A stretch of 63,936 bases of DNA, filler included, from Ministeria vibrans ATCC 50519 (lineage: Eukaryota > Protista > Filasterea): NCBI GenBank assembly GCA_943704425.1. It is 5 parts of 5 records of this genome, joined end to end, with 100 filler letters (N's around TTAATTAATTAA, not from the genome) between each part and the next. Parts side by side here need not be neighbours in the genome. Positions count along the whole stretch, not along the records: positions 59,745 to 61,711 come from CALSCP010001395.1; positions 61,812 to 63,936 come from CALSCP010000024.1; 3 more parts are not named here. One strand, written 5' to 3'. This document shows positions 59,760 to 63,936 of this stretch, piece by piece (the stretch's first letter is position 1; each line of letters begins with the position of its first letter). The notes under the pieces are model-generated. The model saw only the letters and a list, made by a program, of their open reading frames with translations, was not told where the DNA came from and did no database searches. The translations under genes were made by a program, and so were the position numbers.

Positions 59760-60385
59760 CCTGGAAAGCTGACGGCTCTGATGGGCCCGTCGGGGGCAGG
59801 GAAGTCGACTCTGCTGGATGTGATTGCGGGGCGCAAGTCGGCGGGCACGATCACCGGCCAGCTTCTGTTTAACGGGCGAGAGCGCGCACACAACTTCAAA
59901 CGGCAGTGCGGCTATGTCGAGCAGCAGGACATTCTCTGTGCGTATTAATTTTTACCTTTTATGTGTGTATGTGTGTGTGTGTTTTTTTTTTTTTTTTTTG
60001 ACTTTGTGTTTCCTTCTGCAGTGGGCACGCTTACTGTGCGCGAACTACTTGTGTTCACTGCGCATTTGCGAATGCCGCACACCACAACGGAGGCGGAGCG
60101 TGAGGCGCGCGCACAAACTGTCATTGACCAATTGGAGCTTACGGGCTGTGCCGATGTCATTGTTGGCACACGACTCCAGCGAGGTGTCTCGGGCGGTCAA
60201 GGTATGGCGCACCGGGCCAGAAGCATATTTTGATAGACCAATATTTGTGTTTTGTTGGACAGCGAAACGCGTGAACATTGGAATGGAATTGGTGACAGAA
60301 CCCGCCATCCTGTTTCTGGACGAACCTACAAGGTAACCGAGACATCAATGGGTTTACACCCTGTGTGTATTGTCACTCTCCACCT

Positions 60386-60462
<77 letters not shown>

Positions 60463-60825
60463 TTACCCAATAACCTTTAGTGGGTTGGACTCGACGACTG
60501 CCCTCGACGTCATGCGTGTTGTGCGGGCCATTTGCGATCGTGGAACAACCGTCATCTGCACAATCCACCAGCCCTCCACGGACATTTACAATCTCTTTGA
60601 CCGGTAAGTCTAAAACTACGCAGACACTAAAATTGTCACACTTTTTCTTCATCGCTTTGTTTCTTTCTTTATTATTCTCTTTGTCTCTTAGTCTTCTTCT
60701 TCTTGTTCGCGGTGAAGTTGTCTTTCTGGGCAATTCTGATGCAGCCGTCGACTATTTTGTCCAAGCTGGCTACACTTATCCGCCCAATATGAATCCTGCT
60801 GATTTCATTAGTACGTTCCATCGCA

Positions 60826-60888
<63 letters not shown>

Positions 60889-61711
60889 GGGAGGGAGAGA
60901 GAAACAAAGTAATAGAGAGAGAAACAAAGTAATAGAGAGAGAAACAAAGTAATAGAGAGAGAAAGAGAAACAAAGGGATAGAGAAAGGGAAACAAAGGGA
61001 TAGAGAAAGAGAAACAAAGGGATAGAAAAGAAAAAAAAAACAAAGTGATAGAGAGAGAGAGAAAACCAAGTGGTAGAAAAGAAAAAGTGATAGAAAAGAA
61101 AGAAACAAAGTGATAGAGAAAGAAAGATTACGATCAACTTTTTTTTCTTTTTCTTTTTCTGTTCAGTTGGAGTGACCTCTGAATCGCACAGCGAATACAA
61201 ACTGCTGACCGGACCGACAGTGACGGAAGGACACTTTGCGCGACTGTACCGAGAGTCGGCACTGTCTCAGCTGCGCCTGCAGTCCACCAAGACAGCCCTG
61301 AGCGAGAGCAAGATTGTCCTCTCCCAGGAGCTGCCGCTCTTTGTCAACACCCCATGGTATGGAATGAGCCTCTCATTTGTCTGTGCTAAGATAAGTGGTG
61401 TGTCATAACCCTTTCTTGCTAGGTACAACTTCCGAGTGCTGTACTCGCGCAATGTGAAGAAGATGCTACGGGATCCATCGTTTTTCAAGACGCGCCTGGT
61501 CATGCCCATTCTCATTGCCATTGTTTTCCTGTTGGTCTATCTTCACTCTCCTTACGATATCCAAGTTCGAGTTCCATTCACTTTATGTTCCCTTTGACCC
61601 TCTCTCTCTCTTTGTCGTTGTCCTTGTTTCTGTTTTAGGGTCTGCGCAGTCGACAGGCTCTATTGTTTCTCACAATCATCTTTATGACGGTCGGCTCATC
61701 CCAGATGATTG
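59760..61711 (+). CDS. ABCG-family transporter, internal fragment (NBD and start of TMD)
   Basis: Spliced product has Walker [23 protein letters not shown], signature VSGGQ, Walker B LFLDEPTSGLDS and TIHQPS, with the NBD before the TMD. Confidence 0.93.
60828..61123. repeat. Intronic (AG)n grading into a ~20-bp minisatellite (GAAACAAAGTAATAGAGAGA variants)
   Basis: Directly visible; similar units occur at about 10840-10915 and 19378-19400. Confidence 0.85.
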
Positions 61712-61811
61712 NNNNNNNNNNNNNNNNNNNNNNNNNNNNNNNNNNNNNNNNNNNNTTAATTAATTAANNNNNNNNNNNNNNNNNNNNNNNNNNNNNNNNN
61801 NNNNNNNNNNN
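61712..61811. other. Artificial contig linker
   Basis: N-TTAATTAATTAA-N, 100 bp. Confidence 0.97.
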
Positions 61812-63630
61812 GGGGGGGGGTTCCGCCTTCGGTGCGCCACGGGCCGGACCAGGGTTTGAGACTTTGAGAGTAAACGGACGAGTGGCTGCAGCAGGCGGGT
61901 GTAGGTATACAGACGAAGTGGTAGCGGGTGCGGCTATATATGCGTTGACTACATGGCGCGACGTTGAGGGTCAGACCACCTCGCTGAGCGATGCGCGCGT
62001 GAGCTAAAGTAGGGAAATTGCGCGCAGTGCAGCGAGAGGGTTTCACGAGCAAAATGTAACTGTTAAGTGCTCCGCGGTGCCCCAACGGCGGCATCAGTCA
62101 CAGTCCAGCCACAGGACGACGATTGGGAGGGAATATTTTGTCTTGAGGGTGAAGCCAGGGCGGACGATTCCACGGGATTCCGCGTACAGCCGTGTGCTTG
62201 CCCATCTTGAGTTGGGTGCTTAGGAGTCAAAAATTAAAAGGCAAGTCGGGCGTCATTCGAGTGCACAGGGCTCACTTGAGCAATAATTGGCTGTTTTTAC
62301 CCGGACTGGCTCCTGAGGGTTGAAACGACGCGCTGGTACCGTCGCATATGAGGAGAGCTTCAGAAGAGCACCAGGAATGACGTTGAGCAAACGAGCGTGC
62401 GCCACTCAACGCGGTGCGCCTCTAAGATGACGTCGGCTTGGTCGGCTTGGTCGAATTGTTTGAAATTGTTTGAAATTGTTTTGATTAATAATTGAATTAT
62501 TTTGATGACTAATAATTAGAAGAAGAAGAATACAACCCATTTATTAATGATACAATCACCACGCAAAGACACACCCAGACCGCCTTGCAAACTCAATCAA
62601 AACTCTGAGTAATAATTAATGTGCTGCTCTTTGTTTTGTATATAGTTTTGTTTTGACATTGAGTAACAGCTCTCGATTCTCATTTTTCTCTTAATTAAGA
62701 AGAATGATATACATCCTATTCACTGATACAGTCACCCAGGATATATTATATAATATTATATAATTATGAGACAGAATCAAAAGTCGGGCGATCTGTATCG
62801 GAAGAAAGACGTATATATTTTATAGGCGATCGCTGAACGATCGTTGCGACTTTCAATTAAAATCTATCAATCAATTTTACTCACTTTTTTATTTCATCGG
62901 CAGTACGCAGCGATACACTGTCAATACAGAATTCATACAAACACCGATTGCAACGAAACGGTACGCCGATCGTCGGAGGGGTGTTTGTTTCATTTTGTTT
63001 TTCTCGTCTTTTTTTTCCCCAATTTTTTCCCGACTCTGTAATATCACGCGTACTTACTTAGAGAACGCCTAATAGCCCGGTTTTTAGATAGTTGGACACG
63101 ATCATTATTAAAGAACCCTTGCGTGCTAAGAGCGGGGCTTTAATATTGCTGCTTTATGTCGGTTGTGTTCGTTCCTTTATTTTATTTTTACGTTTTTCTA
63201 AGTTTGTCAGACGAAAATAAATAAGGAAAATGAAAGAAACACAATTCAATATCCCTGCCCCCATGTTCTCACCTGCCCAACCGCAATCAACATTTTACTA
63301 TAATATTCATATGGCTGTGTTAATGTCAAATCTTTGGGAGCTCATGTGGGGCAAGCGTTTTTTCTCTTCGTTTTTGTTCGTCCAAGTGGGCAAGCGTTTT
63401 TTCTCTTCGTTTTTGTTCGTCCGAAGTTTGTCTAAGTTCATATCTTTAAAAGTTAATCCATTTCACTTTTTTTTATTGCTTTGGAAATATTCTCGTAATA
63501 ATCCTGCTCAGCACTAGTCTTCCACTAGTCTGCCATATTTGGTGACTCATAATAATTTTTTTTTTTTCAAAATTATTATTATTATTATTCTGTGCCTTCG
63601 CGTGGTGACTGTATCATTAATAAATGGGTT

Positions 63631-63631
<1 letters not shown>

Positions 63632-63691
<60 letters not shown>

Positions 63692-63845
63692 GTTGTTGTT
63701 GTTGTTGCTGTTGTTGTTGTTATTATTAATAAATAGAAGAAGAATACAACCCATTTATTAATGATACAGTTTAATAAATAGAAGAAGAAGAATACAACCC
63801 ATTTATTAATGACTAAATAATGGGTTATAATTTATTTTCTTTTTC

Positions 63846-63936
<91 letters not shown>
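63632..63936. repeat. (TAT)n and (GTT)n microsatellites, AT-rich contig end
   Basis: Directly visible. Confidence 0.9.

Noticed and set aside
61812-62430. Possible gene fragment on the minus strand
   Set aside because: The region is GC-richer with plausible splice signals, but I found no convincing frame or motif.
63349-63422. Direct ~35-bp duplication GGGCAAGCGTTTTTTCTCTTCGTTTTTGTTCGTCC
   Set aside because: Only two adjacent copies in non-coding AT-rich DNA, consistent with simple slippage.

Overview
Eukaryotic nuclear DNA from a compact, intron- and microsatellite-rich genome, most likely a unicellular opisthokont or holozoan protist (inference from NUP153-, 4E-T-, ependymin- and COX4-like genes). 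The window is five contigs joined by artificial 100-bp N/TTAATTAATTAA linkers (1-20147, 20248-38901, 39002-59644, 59745-61711, 61812-63936), so adjacency across linkers is meaningless. Contigs 1-2 hold about 20 tightly packed spliced genes: a RING E3 fragment, Wss1, an ependymin-related protein, DUF72, a 4E-T-like protein, TMEM230, NUP153, a COX4 fragment, ELMOD, a VOC glyoxalase and STRAP among them. They also hold a complete but disabled Mutator/MULE transposon with tandem-repeat TIRs and a 9-bp TSD, and a fungal-TRP/FLC-type multipass protein carrying a giant adhesin-like ectodomain. Contig 3 holds two head-to-head giant surface-protein genes, which are the most unusual signal. One is a ~46-EGF type I membrane protein in which six EGF modules are split between Cys3 and Cys4 by inserted globular domains; five are diverged copies of a ~110-130 aa domain I do not recognise, and two of these follow near-identical EGF DNA. 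The other is a PAN/EGF/FN3 protein that appears built by nested domain-in-domain insertion. All family assignments come from motif recognition by eye; no searches were run.
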